This document shows, piece after piece, positions 1 to 8,619 of a stretch of 64,000 nucleotides of DNA. This DNA is from an uncultured Nitrospiraceae bacterium. Its GTDB lineage: Bacteria; UBA10199; SBBF01. Position 1 is the stretch's first letter, and each line of letters begins with the position of its first letter. Below the pieces are notes generated by a model that did not search any database, was not told the DNA's origin, and saw only the letters and a program-made list of their open reading frames with translations. A program made the translations under genes and the position numbers. Location of the stretch: positions 15,885-79,884 of the forward strand of contig CAZQCI010000001.1 in assembly GCA_964592255.1 (NCBI GenBank). Reading direction: 5' to 3'.

Positions 1-279
1 TTGCTCATTTCTCGCCCGGCTAAAAGAAGCAAAAACTTTCTATTGTTCATGGGGTTCTGGTTTTTAGTGGCTCAATATGTTGATGTCTACTGGATGGTGA
101 TACCTGCTTTTTTCAAAGCTCCGATATTTGGTTGGAATGAAGTTGTTATGTTTATCGGATTTGGCGCCCTTTACTTCTTAAGCGTGGGACGTTTTCTGGA
201 AAAAGTATCTCCTGTGGCCATCAACGATCCTTGGCTACCGGCCGCTTTACATCACCATAATACGCCTAATGGTTATTAG
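1..279 (+). CDS. C-terminal fragment of a polytopic membrane protein; the gene continues upstream of the window. From context it may be a membrane subunit of a quinol:cytochrome c oxidoreductase (alternative complex III (ACIII)/NrfD-like).
   Basis: The frame is open to base 1, and the leading TTG is not a real start. Hydrophobic helices are present (FLLFMGFWFLVAQYV, VVMFIGFGALYFLSV). It lies directly upstream of the SCO-cytochrome c-cox cluster. Confidence 0.3.
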   Translation: MLISRPAKRSKNFLLFMGFWFLVAQYVDVYWMVIPAFFKAPIFGWNEVVMFIGFGALYFLSVGRFLEKVSPVAINDPWLPAALHHHNTPNGY

Positions 280-314
280 CCAAGAGCCAGTAACCACAAG
301 GTTATGTGGGTGAT

Positions 315-1085
315 ATGAAACCTTTACGATTTTTCTTTTTTGTTTTTTTAGCTGTATCGATCTTTTACAAATTGGACGCTATGGCTCAACTATCCTTAAA
401 TCCTAAGGATATTGGTATTACAGGTCAGGTCGGCCAACAAATAGGGCTAAAAGAAGTTTTTCACAATGAATCGGGAAATGATGTTGAGCTAAGCCATTTC
501 TTCAACCAAGGGCGCCCGGTCATTTTATCTTTGGTTTATTATGAATGCCCTAGCTTTTGTACCACCATGCTCAACAACTTAGTTGAGGGGCTTAATGGTC
601 TTAACTGGGAAGCGGGTCGACAGTTTAACGTTCTTGTGGTCAGCATCGACCCTCATGAAACAGCAAGCTTGGCGAAAGAAAAAAAAGCCGCGATTCTTTC
701 CATATCGCGTAGCAAGAACGAAGCCGGATGGAATTTTTTAACCGGATCTACAGATAGCCTAAACCAGTTGGCCAAGGATATTGGGTTTGGTTATATTTTT
801 GATGAAGCGACGAAACAATATTTACATGCTCCGGGGATTTTTGTTCTTAGTCCTCAAGGAAAAATTAAACGGATTTTGTACGGAAGCACTTATTCTCCCC
901 AAGATTTAAAAATGGCTTTAGGAGAAGCAGGAGTACCAACAAATTTTTTTGAAAAAATTAAAAGCATGTTGTTCGAGTATGATGTTTTGGAGCGGAAATA
1001 TAAGGTAAATAAAGTTTATTTATTAAGTATATCAAGTGTTCTTTTGCTTGTATTGATTTTTTGCAGAAAACTGTCACTCCGGTAG
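315..1085 (+). CDS. SCO1/SenC family copper chaperone (thioredoxin fold) for cytochrome oxidase CuA assembly
   Basis: CxxxC motif in YYECPSFCTTM. Downstream conserved His context HAPGIFVLSPQGKI. N-terminal TM/signal MKPLRFFFFVFLAVSIF. The ORF track starts at GTG 306; ATG 315 is more plausible. It is adjacent to the cox genes. Confidence 0.75.
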   Translation: MKPLRFFFFVFLAVSIFYKLDAMAQLSLNPKDIGITGQVGQQIGLKEVFHNESGNDVELSHFFNQGRPVILSLVYYECPSFCTTMLNNLVEGLNGLNWEAGRQFNVLVVSIDPHETASLAKEKKAAILSISRSKNEAGWNFLTGSTDSLNQLAKDIGFGYIFDEATKQYLHAPGIFVLSPQGKIKRILYGSTYSPQDLKMALGEAGVPTNFFEKIKSMLFEYDVLERKYKVNKVYLLSISSVLLLVLIFCRKLSLR

Positions 1086-1176
1086 GTTAAATTCTTAAAA
1101 GCCGGAGTAAAGTGGATCCCGGCTCAAAACTGCCGAGGTGATGATTGTGTTATTATTGATGATGAGGAATAAATGA

Positions 1177-2352
1177 ATGCCAAAGTTTAGATACAATTTA
1201 GCAACTCTTTTAGTGTGCTCTTTCATCTTGGCTTTGAACCCTCTTGCCCATGCGGATGACTTGAACGAAATTTCACAACACATCAAGTCAACACCGGACG
1301 AAATTGCCAAAGGTAAAACGGTTTTCATGACCAATTGTATGAGTTGTCATGGCTCCGAAGGAAAAGGCGATGGACCTGCTTCAGCGGCTTTTAACCCAAA
1401 ACCACGTAATTTTACAGCAGAGCCCTTCAAACAAGGTGGAAGCCCATCGGCTGTGTTTTATACCATTACCCATGGCTTAAATAGTATGCCTGGTTTTGCC
1501 TCACTCTCCGTGGCTGACCGCTTGGCCGTTGTTCACTTTCTTCTTTCTCTTTCTCCGAGTAAAGCCAACGATACTCCCGAAAGCTTAGCTAAAATCGGTT
1601 TAGGTCCCGATTTTAAACCATTAGCAGGATTTAAAGGTGACAATAAAACAGAGCTACCACTGGACTTTATCATCGAAAGAATGGCGCAAGATGGAGACGT
1701 AAATAAATTAGATTACAAAAAAATTGTTGCCGATATGAAAGCGCAAAAGGAACAAGAAGCTAAACCTCAACAAGTTACAACAACAACCACACCCAATCTT
1801 GAAAAAGGAAAAGCATTATTTGAATCTTGCAAAACTTGTCATGGGAACGCTGGGGAAGGTAGTTTTTTGGCCAAGGCCCCTCCTTTAGCGGGACAAAGTA
1901 CAGACTATCTCATTACCCAGTTACATCATTTTCAAAAAGGCATTCGTGGAGCCCACCCTAACGATGTCGATGGTCTGAGAATGCGCCCGATGTCTCGCGT
2001 GTTGCGTGATGAACAAGATGTCATTAATGTCGTCAACTACATTCATTCTCTCAAACCCACAGCCCCCATCAACACAATGCCTGCAGGCAATCCACAAAAA
2101 GGGCAAGCTGCCTTCTCAACATGTCTTGCTTGCCATGGACCAGATGCTAAAGGTGTCGCGGCTATGAAGGCTCCCTCACTTCGCTACTTGCCCGACTGGT
2201 ATATAGCTCAACAAATAAATAATTTTAAACAAGGTTATCGCGGCGTGGATACAAGAGATACCATGGGTGGTCAAATGCGGGGCATGTCTATGAGTGTCCC
2301 TAACCAACAGGCGGTTCAAGATATTGTTTCCTATATTCAAACTCTTAAATAG
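1177..2352 (+). CDS. Periplasmic triheme c-type cytochrome (three class-I cytochrome c domains)
   Basis: Signal peptide MPKFRYNLATLLVCSFILALNPLAHA. Three CxxCH motifs (CMSCHGSEGKGDG, CKTCHGNAGEG, CLACHGPDAKG), each followed by a distal Met region. It sits immediately upstream of coxB. Confidence 0.8.
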   Translation: MPKFRYNLATLLVCSFILALNPLAHADDLNEISQHIKSTPDEIAKGKTVFMTNCMSCHGSEGKGDGPASAAFNPKPRNFTAEPFKQGGSPSAVFYTITHGLNSMPGFASLSVADRLAVVHFLLSLSPSKANDTPESLAKIGLGPDFKPLAGFKGDNKTELPLDFIIERMAQDGDVNKLDYKKIVADMKAQKEQEAKPQQVTTTTTPNLEKGKALFESCKTCHGNAGEGSFLAKAPPLAGQSTDYLITQLHHFQKGIRGAHPNDVDGLRMRPMSRVLRDEQDVINVVNYIHSLKPTAPINTMPAGNPQKGQAAFSTCLACHGPDAKGVAAMKAPSLRYLPDWYIAQQINNFKQGYRGVDTRDTMGGQMRGMSMSVPNQQAVQDIVSYIQTLK

Positions 2353-2367
2353 GAGAAGTGGAGGAAT

Positions 2368-2478
2368 ATGCAACATTCTGAAGAAAACCATATTGAGTCT
2401 TTAACCAAAAATATCTTTCTCTTAACTTTAGGGAGCCTTGCCGCTTACGTTGCGGCGGTGATCTTGTTCGTCTTATAA
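2368..2478 (+). CDS. Unannotated small ORF encoding a 36-aa single-TM peptide (MQHSEENHIESLTKNIFLLTLGSLAAYVAAVILFVL). It may be a small oxidase-associated subunit.
   Basis: It is not in the supplied ORF track. ATG at 2368 is preceded by AGGAGAAGTGGAGG, the strongest SD in this region. It has one clear hydrophobic helix. It occupies the 140-nt gap between the cytochrome c gene and coxB. Confidence 0.35.
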   Translation: MQHSEENHIESLTKNIFLLTLGSLAAYVAAVILFVL

Positions 2479-2493
2479 AGGAAGTCTATTTTT

Positions 2494-3189
2494 ATGATAC
2501 AAGCCTTCGTCCCCAGCGCCTCCAGTTACAGCCAACAGATGGACAATCTGTTTACGCTTATTTTTGTCATTATGACCTTCTGGTTTTTTGCAGGCCAATT
2601 CGTCATCATCTACTTTCTCATCAAATTTAAACGCAAAGAAGGCGTCCCTTCACTTTATCTCACCGGTGAAAATAAGGCTCACAAAAAGTGGATTAGCTGG
2701 CCTCATAATTTATTGCTCATTTGTGATGTTGTGATGGTGATTTTTTCGATTATGGCTTGGTACCATATTAAACAATATCTTCCTCCGGCTGAATCCACCA
2801 TCAAAGTAATCGGTCAGCAATGGGCCTGGACTTTTGTTGATCCAGGCAAAGATGGCAAACTCGACACCTCCGATGATATTGTCACCATTGACGAACTCCA
2901 TGTGCAAGTCGATAAAACTTACCACTACCTGCTCACCACCAAAGATGTTTTACACAGTTTTTTTGTTCCCGTTTTCCGCTTAAAACAAGATGCCATCCCA
3001 GGCAGAGAAATTGTCGGCTGGTTTAAGCCGACTAAAACAGGGAATTATGACATTTCTTGTGCAGAAATCTGCGGCATTGGACATGGATTGATGGGAGCCC
3101 GGATCATTATAGAAACTCCGGAAGAACACCAAAAATGGGTCGCCTCTCATACTCCGGCAACTCCGATTAAATTGGGGGAAAATAACTAA
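2494..3189 (+). CDS. coxB: Cytochrome c oxidase subunit II
   Basis: Two N-terminal TM helices. CuA ligand motif H..CAEICGIGHGLM (…DISCAEICGIGHGLMGARI…). It is followed 1 nt later by subunit I. Confidence 0.9.
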   Translation: MIQAFVPSASSYSQQMDNLFTLIFVIMTFWFFAGQFVIIYFLIKFKRKEGVPSLYLTGENKAHKKWISWPHNLLLICDVVMVIFSIMAWYHIKQYLPPAESTIKVIGQQWAWTFVDPGKDGKLDTSDDIVTIDELHVQVDKTYHYLLTTKDVLHSFFVPVFRLKQDAIPGREIVGWFKPTKTGNYDISCAEICGIGHGLMGARIIIETPEEHQKWVASHTPATPIKLGENN

Positions 3190-3190
3190 T

Positions 3191-4861
3191 ATGTCAGACC
3201 ACGGTACACATCACGAAAGTTTTTTTAAAAAATATTTTTTCTCAACCGATCATAAAATCATCGGGATGCAATATTTATTTACCGGGATGTTTATGGGATT
3301 AGCCGGCGGCTTTATGGCTTATGTGTTCCGCATGCAGTTGGCTTTTCCTGGAATCAATGTTCCTGGCTTTGGCCCTGTTTCTCCTGCAGCTTATAACTCC
3401 CTCATTACAAACCATGGATCTATCATGATCTTTTGGTTTGCAATGCCAGTTTTAATTGCGGCCTTCGGCAACTATCTCATTCCTCTTATGATCGGATGCG
3501 ATGATATGGTTTTCCCGCGCCTCAACCGACTTTCTTATCAAATTTTTCTTGTTAGTGTCATCGTTCTGTTTGCTTCCTTCTTTGTTCAAAATGGAGGGTT
3601 TGGAGGGGCCTGGACAGCCTACCCTCCTTTATCTTCTAAAGCAGAATATAGTCTTACTCCCATGGGGGCACCTATATGGTTGTTAGCGGTGGCCCTAGAG
3701 TTTGTAGCCTTCTTGTTAGGGGGAATTAATTTCATCACTACACTCATGAATTCGCGGGCTAAAGGGATGAAGATGTATGACATCCCGATGGTCATTTGGA
3801 TGATTGTCATCGCTAGTATTTTATTCATGGCCTCGGTAGGGCCGTTAGTGGCAGGTGCGGTCATGCTGCTCTTCGATCAACTGTTAGGAACCTCATTCTA
3901 CGATGCGGCCAAAGGTGGAGATCCGTTGTTATGGCAACATTTATTTTGGTTTTTCGGTCATCCTGAAGTGTATGTTGTGTTGTTGCCTCCTATTGGAATG
4001 GTTGTGGAAGTGATCACTACTTTTTCACGCAAAAAATTGTTTGGTTATAAGTCGTTGCTTTACAGTGTTTTTGTAACTGGAGTTTTAAGCTTCTTAGTTT
4101 GGGCCCACCATCAATTTGTAGCCGGAATCGATCCACGCATGGCCAATATCTTTACGATAACCACCCTGCTCATTTCCGTACCCATTGCCGAAATTTGCTT
4201 TTTAATGATGGCGACACTTTATGGAGGATCGATTGAATTCAAAACTCCTATGTTGTTCGCATTAGCTTTTTTAATGGAGTTTATTTTAGGAGGTGTCACC
4301 GGAATTTTCTTAGGGGCCTCAGGCTTGGATATTTATTTTCACGACACTTACTTTGTTGTCGCCCACTTCCATTACACCTTTGTACCGATTGCCGTTATTG
4401 GTTTATTTACTGGAATCTATTACTGGTATCCTAAAATGTTTGGTCGGATGATGTGTGAAAAATTGGGCAAAATTCACTTTTGGGGCACTATCATCCCTTT
4501 CAACGCTATCTTCATCCCTCTATTCATTTTAGGAATGCACGCTCATCACCGCCGTATTTATGATTATCGTAACTTTCCAGAATTAGCCACAACAGGGCAA
4601 TTTCATTTAATGCAAATTGCCACAGTGGCTTTAATTGCAATGATCTTGTTTCAAGGTGTGTTCTTTTACAATTTCTTTAGAAGCTTGTTTAAAGGTGAAA
4701 AAGCTGGCTCCAATCCTTGGAAGGCCAACACTTTGGAATGGGTGGCTCCTTCCCCTCCTCCTCATGGCAACTTTAAAGAAATGCCCGAAGTTTATCGTGG
4801 GCCTTATGAATACTCTGTGCCAGGAAGAAAGTCGGACTACTGGCCGCAGAATGAACCTTAA
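3191..4861 (+). CDS. ctaD: Cytochrome c oxidase subunit I (heme-copper oxidase catalytic subunit)
   Basis: 556 aa with 12 TM helices. Canonical motifs WFFGHPEVYVVLLPPIGM and HHQFVAG…HFHYTF, plus the HAHH region. Confidence 0.95.
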   Translation: MSDHGTHHESFFKKYFFSTDHKIIGMQYLFTGMFMGLAGGFMAYVFRMQLAFPGINVPGFGPVSPAAYNSLITNHGSIMIFWFAMPVLIAAFGNYLIPLMIGCDDMVFPRLNRLSYQIFLVSVIVLFASFFVQNGGFGGAWTAYPPLSSKAEYSLTPMGAPIWLLAVALEFVAFLLGGINFITTLMNSRAKGMKMYDIPMVIWMIVIASILFMASVGPLVAGAVMLLFDQLLGTSFYDAAKGGDPLLWQHLFWFFGHPEVYVVLLPPIGMVVEVITTFSRKKLFGYKSLLYSVFVTGVLSFLVWAHHQFVAGIDPRMANIFTITTLLISVPIAEICFLMMATLYGGSIEFKTPMLFALAFLMEFILGGVTGIFLGASGLDIYFHDTYFVVAHFHYTFVPIAVIGLFTGIYYWYPKMFGRMMCEKLGKIHFWGTIIPFNAIFIPLFILGMHAHHRRIYDYRNFPELATTGQFHLMQIATVALIAMILFQGVFFYNFFRSLFKGEKAGSNPWKANTLEWVAPSPPPHGNFKEMPEVYRGPYEYSVPGRKSDYWPQNEP

Positions 4862-4897
4862 TTATTAGAGGACCCGCCGCTGCCCAAGGGCTAAGGC

Positions 4898-5488
4898 GTG
4901 GCAAGAATTATGTCACAGGGAGTTCCCATCGCTACCACTCGTTCAGCCACAGGTATTCGCACGGCTAAGCTCGCCACATGGTGGGTTATTGGTTCTGAAA
5001 TTGTTATTTTCGGCGGTTTGTTAGTCGCCTATTTATTACTCAGAATCCGTAATGAAAGCTGGTCTCATGATGCCTCTCACACCATTACCATGGCTGGCGC
5101 TTTTAATACCCTTGTCCTTTTAACCTCTAGCTATTTTGTTGTGCTGGCTCACAAAGCGGCTGAAGAAGGAAATGGGGTCAAAGCTAACCGCTTTTTATGG
5201 TATACCATCTTAGGTGGACTCATTTTCATGATGGTGAAAGCTTATGAATACACCACAGATATTTCTGAGGGCTTTACTTTATTTACAGGAGTTTTCTGGT
5301 CCTTTTATTACACCGCCACAGGATTACACGGCTGCCACGTACTAGCAGGTATGGTCATTATGGCTATTGTCGGCAATGATGCCAAAAAAGGTAAAAATCT
5401 ACATCGAGTAGAATGCATTGGCATTTACTGGCACTTTGTCGATCTTGTATGGATTTTTCTTTTTCCTTTGCTTTATATTGCGAAGTGA
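4898..5488 (+). CDS. coxC: Cytochrome c oxidase subunit III
   Basis: GTG start. 196 aa, polytopic. The C-terminal motif resembles subunit III (…HFVDLVWIFLFPLLYI). It directly follows subunit I. Confidence 0.8.
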   Translation: MARIMSQGVPIATTRSATGIRTAKLATWWVIGSEIVIFGGLLVAYLLLRIRNESWSHDASHTITMAGAFNTLVLLTSSYFVVLAHKAAEEGNGVKANRFLWYTILGGLIFMMVKAYEYTTDISEGFTLFTGVFWSFYYTATGLHGCHVLAGMVIMAIVGNDAKKGKNLHRVECIGIYWHFVDLVWIFLFPLLYIAK

Positions 5489-5565
5489 TGTCATCGCGAG
5501 GCCTATAGGGCCGTGGCGATCCAGTCATGGGTTGCTTCGTCGCTTGAAGTTCCTCGCAATGACAT
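5488..5565. other. Long imperfect hairpin (about 78 nt) immediately after the coxC stop codon
   Basis: Arms ATGTCATCGCGAGG (5488-5501) and CCTCGCAATGACAT (5552-5565) form a 14-bp stem with one C/A mismatch. The interior contains the sub-palindrome GCCTATAGGGC. It is not followed by a T-tract. Confidence 0.45.
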
Positions 5566-5573
5566 AATAACTT

Positions 5574-5879
5574 ATGTCAAACGAACAGGCACATTCTCAC
5601 ACGAACTATTTTAAAATCTGGGCTACACTAGTTGTCCTTTTAGTCATCAGCGTTTTGGGACCTATGCTCGGCATCAAGGCCATTACCCTCATTACCGCTT
5701 TTGGTATTGCCATTGTTAAAGCTTTTATGGTGGCCTCCTACTTCATGCACTTAAATGTAGAAAAAAAATATATTTGGTACATGCTGCTCACCATGCTGGC
5801 ATTGATGATTTTTTTCTTTTTCGCCATTGCTCCCGATATCATGAATACTTCAGGAACGAATTGGCGTAGCATCCCATGA
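5574..5879 (+). CDS. Cytochrome c oxidase subunit IV (prokaryotic caa3-type small subunit, CtaF-like)
   Basis: 101 aa with three TM helices. The N-terminal His-rich stretch EQAHSHTNYFKIW is typical of the bacterial COX4 family. It overlaps the next gene by ATGA. Confidence 0.6.
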   Translation: MSNEQAHSHTNYFKIWATLVVLLVISVLGPMLGIKAITLITAFGIAIVKAFMVASYFMHLNVEKKYIWYMLLTMLALMIFFFFAIAPDIMNTSGTNWRSIP

Positions 5880-6439
5880 CATCGCCGTCAAAAAAAACAG
5901 CTATCTCCAATCCCGTTTTGGGCATGCTGTTTTTTATCTTTACAGAACTGATGGTGTTCTCCGCCTTTATCAGTGCCTATAGCATCGTCCGCTCTAGTGC
6001 TATTAACTGGCCTCCACTGGACCAGCCCAGACTTCCTGTTTTAGCTACAGCCTTTAATTCCGCAGCCCTTCTCCTAAGCGGCTTTTTACTTTATGGAGGC
6101 TATCGATTCTTTCTAAAAGAAGGCTCTTCGAAACGGGTCAAACACTTCTTTTTTGCATCCTTAGTTTTAGGTTTATTTTTTGTCTGCTTTCAAGGGTGGG
6201 AATGGGTCAAACTTATTCGGTTTGGCTTAACCATGACCTCCAGTGTGTACGGTAGTTTCTTCTATCTCATTATTGGTTTTCATGGTCTGCATGTTTTGGC
6301 TGCGTCCTTCACTTTAAGCTACGCCTACCATCGTTTATCAAAGAGTTTGCTCCGGCGTGAAGTTTTTGCAGCCTGTTTGTGTTTCTGGATTTTTGTAGTT
6401 GGAGTATGGCCTTGTATTTATTATTGGGTATATTTCTAA
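5876..6439 (+). CDS. Second heme-copper oxidase subunit III-family membrane protein
   Basis: 187 aa, polytopic. Region FFYLIIGFHGLHVLAASFTL resembles the subunit III helix VI/VII His region. It has 4-nt overlaps with both neighbours. Confidence 0.55.
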   Translation: MTSPSKKTAISNPVLGMLFFIFTELMVFSAFISAYSIVRSSAINWPPLDQPRLPVLATAFNSAALLLSGFLLYGGYRFFLKEGSSKRVKHFFFASLVLGLFFVCFQGWEWVKLIRFGLTMTSSVYGSFFYLIIGFHGLHVLAASFTLSYAYHRLSKSLLRREVFAACLCFWIFVVGVWPCIYYWVYF

Positions 6440-6636
6440 TGAAAACATTAAATATATTCATTTTAATCGCCCTGATTTTTATCCCTACCCTATCGATGGC
6501 CTGTGATATGTGCGTTTCTGGAACGGGAGGAAGCGTGGGGGCTTTCCGTTGGTCCTCTCTATTTCTTAGTGTGATGCCATTTGGATTTTTTGGCTCCCTT
6601 TTTTTCTATCTACGTCATAAGATGAAAAACTTGTAA
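6439..6636 (+). CDS. Small two-TM membrane protein with a CDMC (CxxC) motif between helices
   Basis: The preferred start is ATG 6439, which overlaps the upstream TAA (taATG). The track start 6379 would overlap the previous gene by 60 nt. Sequence: MKTLNIFILIALIFIPTLSMACDMCVSGTGG…MPFGFFGSLFFYL. Confidence 0.35.
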   Translation: MKTLNIFILIALIFIPTLSMACDMCVSGTGGSVGAFRWSSLFLSVMPFGFFGSLFFYLRHKMKNL

Positions 6637-6637
6637 C

Positions 6638-7045
6638 ATGCCTTCTTTATTATTACCAAAACTGATTGCATCTCTTAATGCCATTAGCCTTTTTTTGCTT
6701 CTTTCTGCTTTCATAGCAGTCAAACAGAAAAAATTTGACCTACATAAAAAACTGATCCTAGCAGCTTTAGTTTCTTCCACCCTTTTTCTGACTTGCTATC
6801 TGATCCATCATTACCAAGTAGGTTCGATCCCTTATCCTCGTCACGATTGGACGCGCACGGTTTATTTTTTAATTTTAATTCCTCATGTCATTTTAGCAGT
6901 CGGTATGTTGCCTTTTTTAGTGATGGCCCTGCGTTATGCTTTTCAAGATCAGCGAGAAAAACACAAAAAAATAGTCCGTTGGGTTTTTCCAATTTGGGTC
7001 TATGTTTCTTTTACAGGCATTGTTGTTTACTTCATGTTGTATTAG
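6638..7045 (+). CDS. DUF420-family membrane protein; this family is commonly encoded beside the SCO/cox/ctaA genes
   Basis: 135 aa with four TM helices. His-containing helices YLIHHYQ and LILIPHVILAVG. Context with cox and ctaA. Confidence 0.55.
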   Translation: MPSLLLPKLIASLNAISLFLLLSAFIAVKQKKFDLHKKLILAALVSSTLFLTCYLIHHYQVGSIPYPRHDWTRTVYFLILIPHVILAVGMLPFLVMALRYAFQDQREKHKKIVRWVFPIWVYVSFTGIVVYFMLY

Positions 7046-7058
7046 GTAGCCTTTAATT

Positions 7059-8015
7059 ATGCGGCTTCTTATTCTTTCAACTACTTTTCTAGCCTTTATT
7101 GTCATCATTTTTGGAGCTTTTGTTCGTTTATCTGATGCCGGGCTTGGTTGCCCAGATTGGCCTGGTTGTTATGGACATCTTTCCGTATCCGCAGCTCAAG
7201 AGGCAGGACAAACTCTAGAAGCCCCTAAAGCTTGGAAAGAAATGATTCATCGTTATGCGGCAGGAACATTGGCTTTGATGATTCTGGCCATTTTTGTTTT
7301 TTCATTAGTTCAGCGCCGCCGACATCCTTCCACTCCGCTTCTTCTTCCAACGCTGTTGATGGTCATGGTTTTATTTCAAGCTCTTCTTGGAATGTGGACA
7401 GTCACTTTAAAACTCAATCCACTCGTCGTTTTAGGACACTTGCTCGGTGGCTTTGCTACTTTGAGTTTATTGTGGGTGTTATTCATACAATGGCATAACC
7501 GTGGGATGACTCTTACAAGAACCCCCTCACGCTTAACCACACTCGCACTCTTCCTTCTCATTCTCCAAATTATTTTGGGAGGCTGGACTTCCTCTAATTA
7601 TGCCGCCTTCGTCTGCCCTGACTTTCCCACTTGTCTCGGGCATTGGTGGCCTACCATGAGTTTGAAAGAGGCCTTCACATTCTGGCAGCAAATAGGCCCT
7701 AATTACGAAGGGGGTGTCATGGGCTTAGAGGCACGAGTCACCATTCAAATGATGCATCGGTTGGGCGCCTTATTAGTTTTTGTAGTCTTTGTTGTGCTAG
7801 GCATTCAAAATTTATGCTTAAACGAAAAACGTTTTAAAAGAATAGGGTTTCTCATCACTCTTCTGCTTCTTATTCAAATTGCCTTAGGCATCGGCAATGT
7901 TTTGCTGGCTCGTCCCTTAGGAATTGCCGTAGCCCACAATGGTGTGGCCGCTTTACTTCTTTTAACTACCCTCACTTTAATCTACTCATCAAACCCAAAA
8001 GGAGTTAAACTTTAA
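7059..8015 (+). CDS. ctaA: Heme A synthase (COX15/CtaA)
   Basis: CPDWPGC motif in the first periplasmic loop. Second Cys pair FVCPDFPTC. Eight TM helices with conserved His (GHLLGG, MMHRLGA). Confidence 0.8.
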   Translation: MRLLILSTTFLAFIVIIFGAFVRLSDAGLGCPDWPGCYGHLSVSAAQEAGQTLEAPKAWKEMIHRYAAGTLALMILAIFVFSLVQRRRHPSTPLLLPTLLMVMVLFQALLGMWTVTLKLNPLVVLGHLLGGFATLSLLWVLFIQWHNRGMTLTRTPSRLTTLALFLLILQIILGGWTSSNYAAFVCPDFPTCLGHWWPTMSLKEAFTFWQQIGPNYEGGVMGLEARVTIQMMHRLGALLVFVVFVVLGIQNLCLNEKRFKRIGFLITLLLLIQIALGIGNVLLARPLGIAVAHNGVAALLLLTTLTLIYSSNPKGVKL

Positions 8016-8028
8016 TAAAGGAGAATGT

Positions 8029-8517
8029 ATGCTTCCCCTAAAATGGCAACTCATAGCAATTCCTGTCACATTACTTTATGCCAATATTTTTGAATGGCTT
8101 TTTCACAAATATATTTTGCATGGTTTAGGAAGAAAAAAGAATAGTTTTTGGAGTTTCCATTGGCAGGAACATCATGTGGAAGCCAGAAAAAATGGTTTTT
8201 TAGACCCACACTATAAACGTTCTCTCTGGAGTTGGAATTCAAAATCCAAAGAAGCTTTGGCTTTAACTGTCCATGTAGTCATACTCTTTCCCATCGTTTT
8301 TTATGCTCCGATTATTTATCTCACGGTCATTTATGCCTCGCTTCGTTATTATTTCACTCACAAAAAATCCCATTTAGATCCAGAATGGGCCAAAAGGAAG
8401 CTCCCTTGGCATTACGACCATCATATGGGTAAAAATCAGCACGCCAACTGGGGTGTAACCCGTCCTTGGTTTGATTGGGTCATGGGAACAAGAGAAAAAA
8501 TGGAAAACCGTCCTTAA
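8029..8517 (+). CDS. Fatty acid hydroxylase/sterol desaturase superfamily membrane protein (di-iron His-box enzyme)
   Basis: Histidine boxes HKYILHG, HWQEHHVEARK and HYDHHMGKNQH. 162 aa. It is inserted between ctaA and ctaB. Confidence 0.5.
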   Translation: MLPLKWQLIAIPVTLLYANIFEWLFHKYILHGLGRKKNSFWSFHWQEHHVEARKNGFLDPHYKRSLWSWNSKSKEALALTVHVVILFPIVFYAPIIYLTVIYASLRYYFTHKKSHLDPEWAKRKLPWHYDHHMGKNQHANWGVTRPWFDWVMGTREKMENRP

Positions 8518-8619
8518 TCGCTTTTAAGTTTATTTTAAATTATAAAAAGTGTTCATCCAGCTCCCCCTTCCGAAAAGAGTTGAGGTTTTAAAACCTTCCG
8601 TGATAAGAAACCCCTTCCC

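Noticed and set aside
1100-1124. Hairpin AGCCGG…CCGGCT after the SCO gene as a terminator
   Set aside because: It has only a 6-bp stem with a 12-nt loop and no T-tract. The downstream cytochrome c gene probably belongs to the same operon. Too weak to call.
3501-3864. ORFs 3501..3686(+) and 3619..3864(-) inside coxA
   Set aside because: They are embedded in alternative or antisense frames of the highly conserved subunit I gene. They have no RBS or domain features and are spurious.
6379-6438. Upstream start of the small membrane ORF, overlapping the second subunit-III gene by 60 nt
   Set aside because: ATG 6439 overlaps the upstream stop in a classic taATG coupling arrangement and begins directly at the hydrophobic helix.
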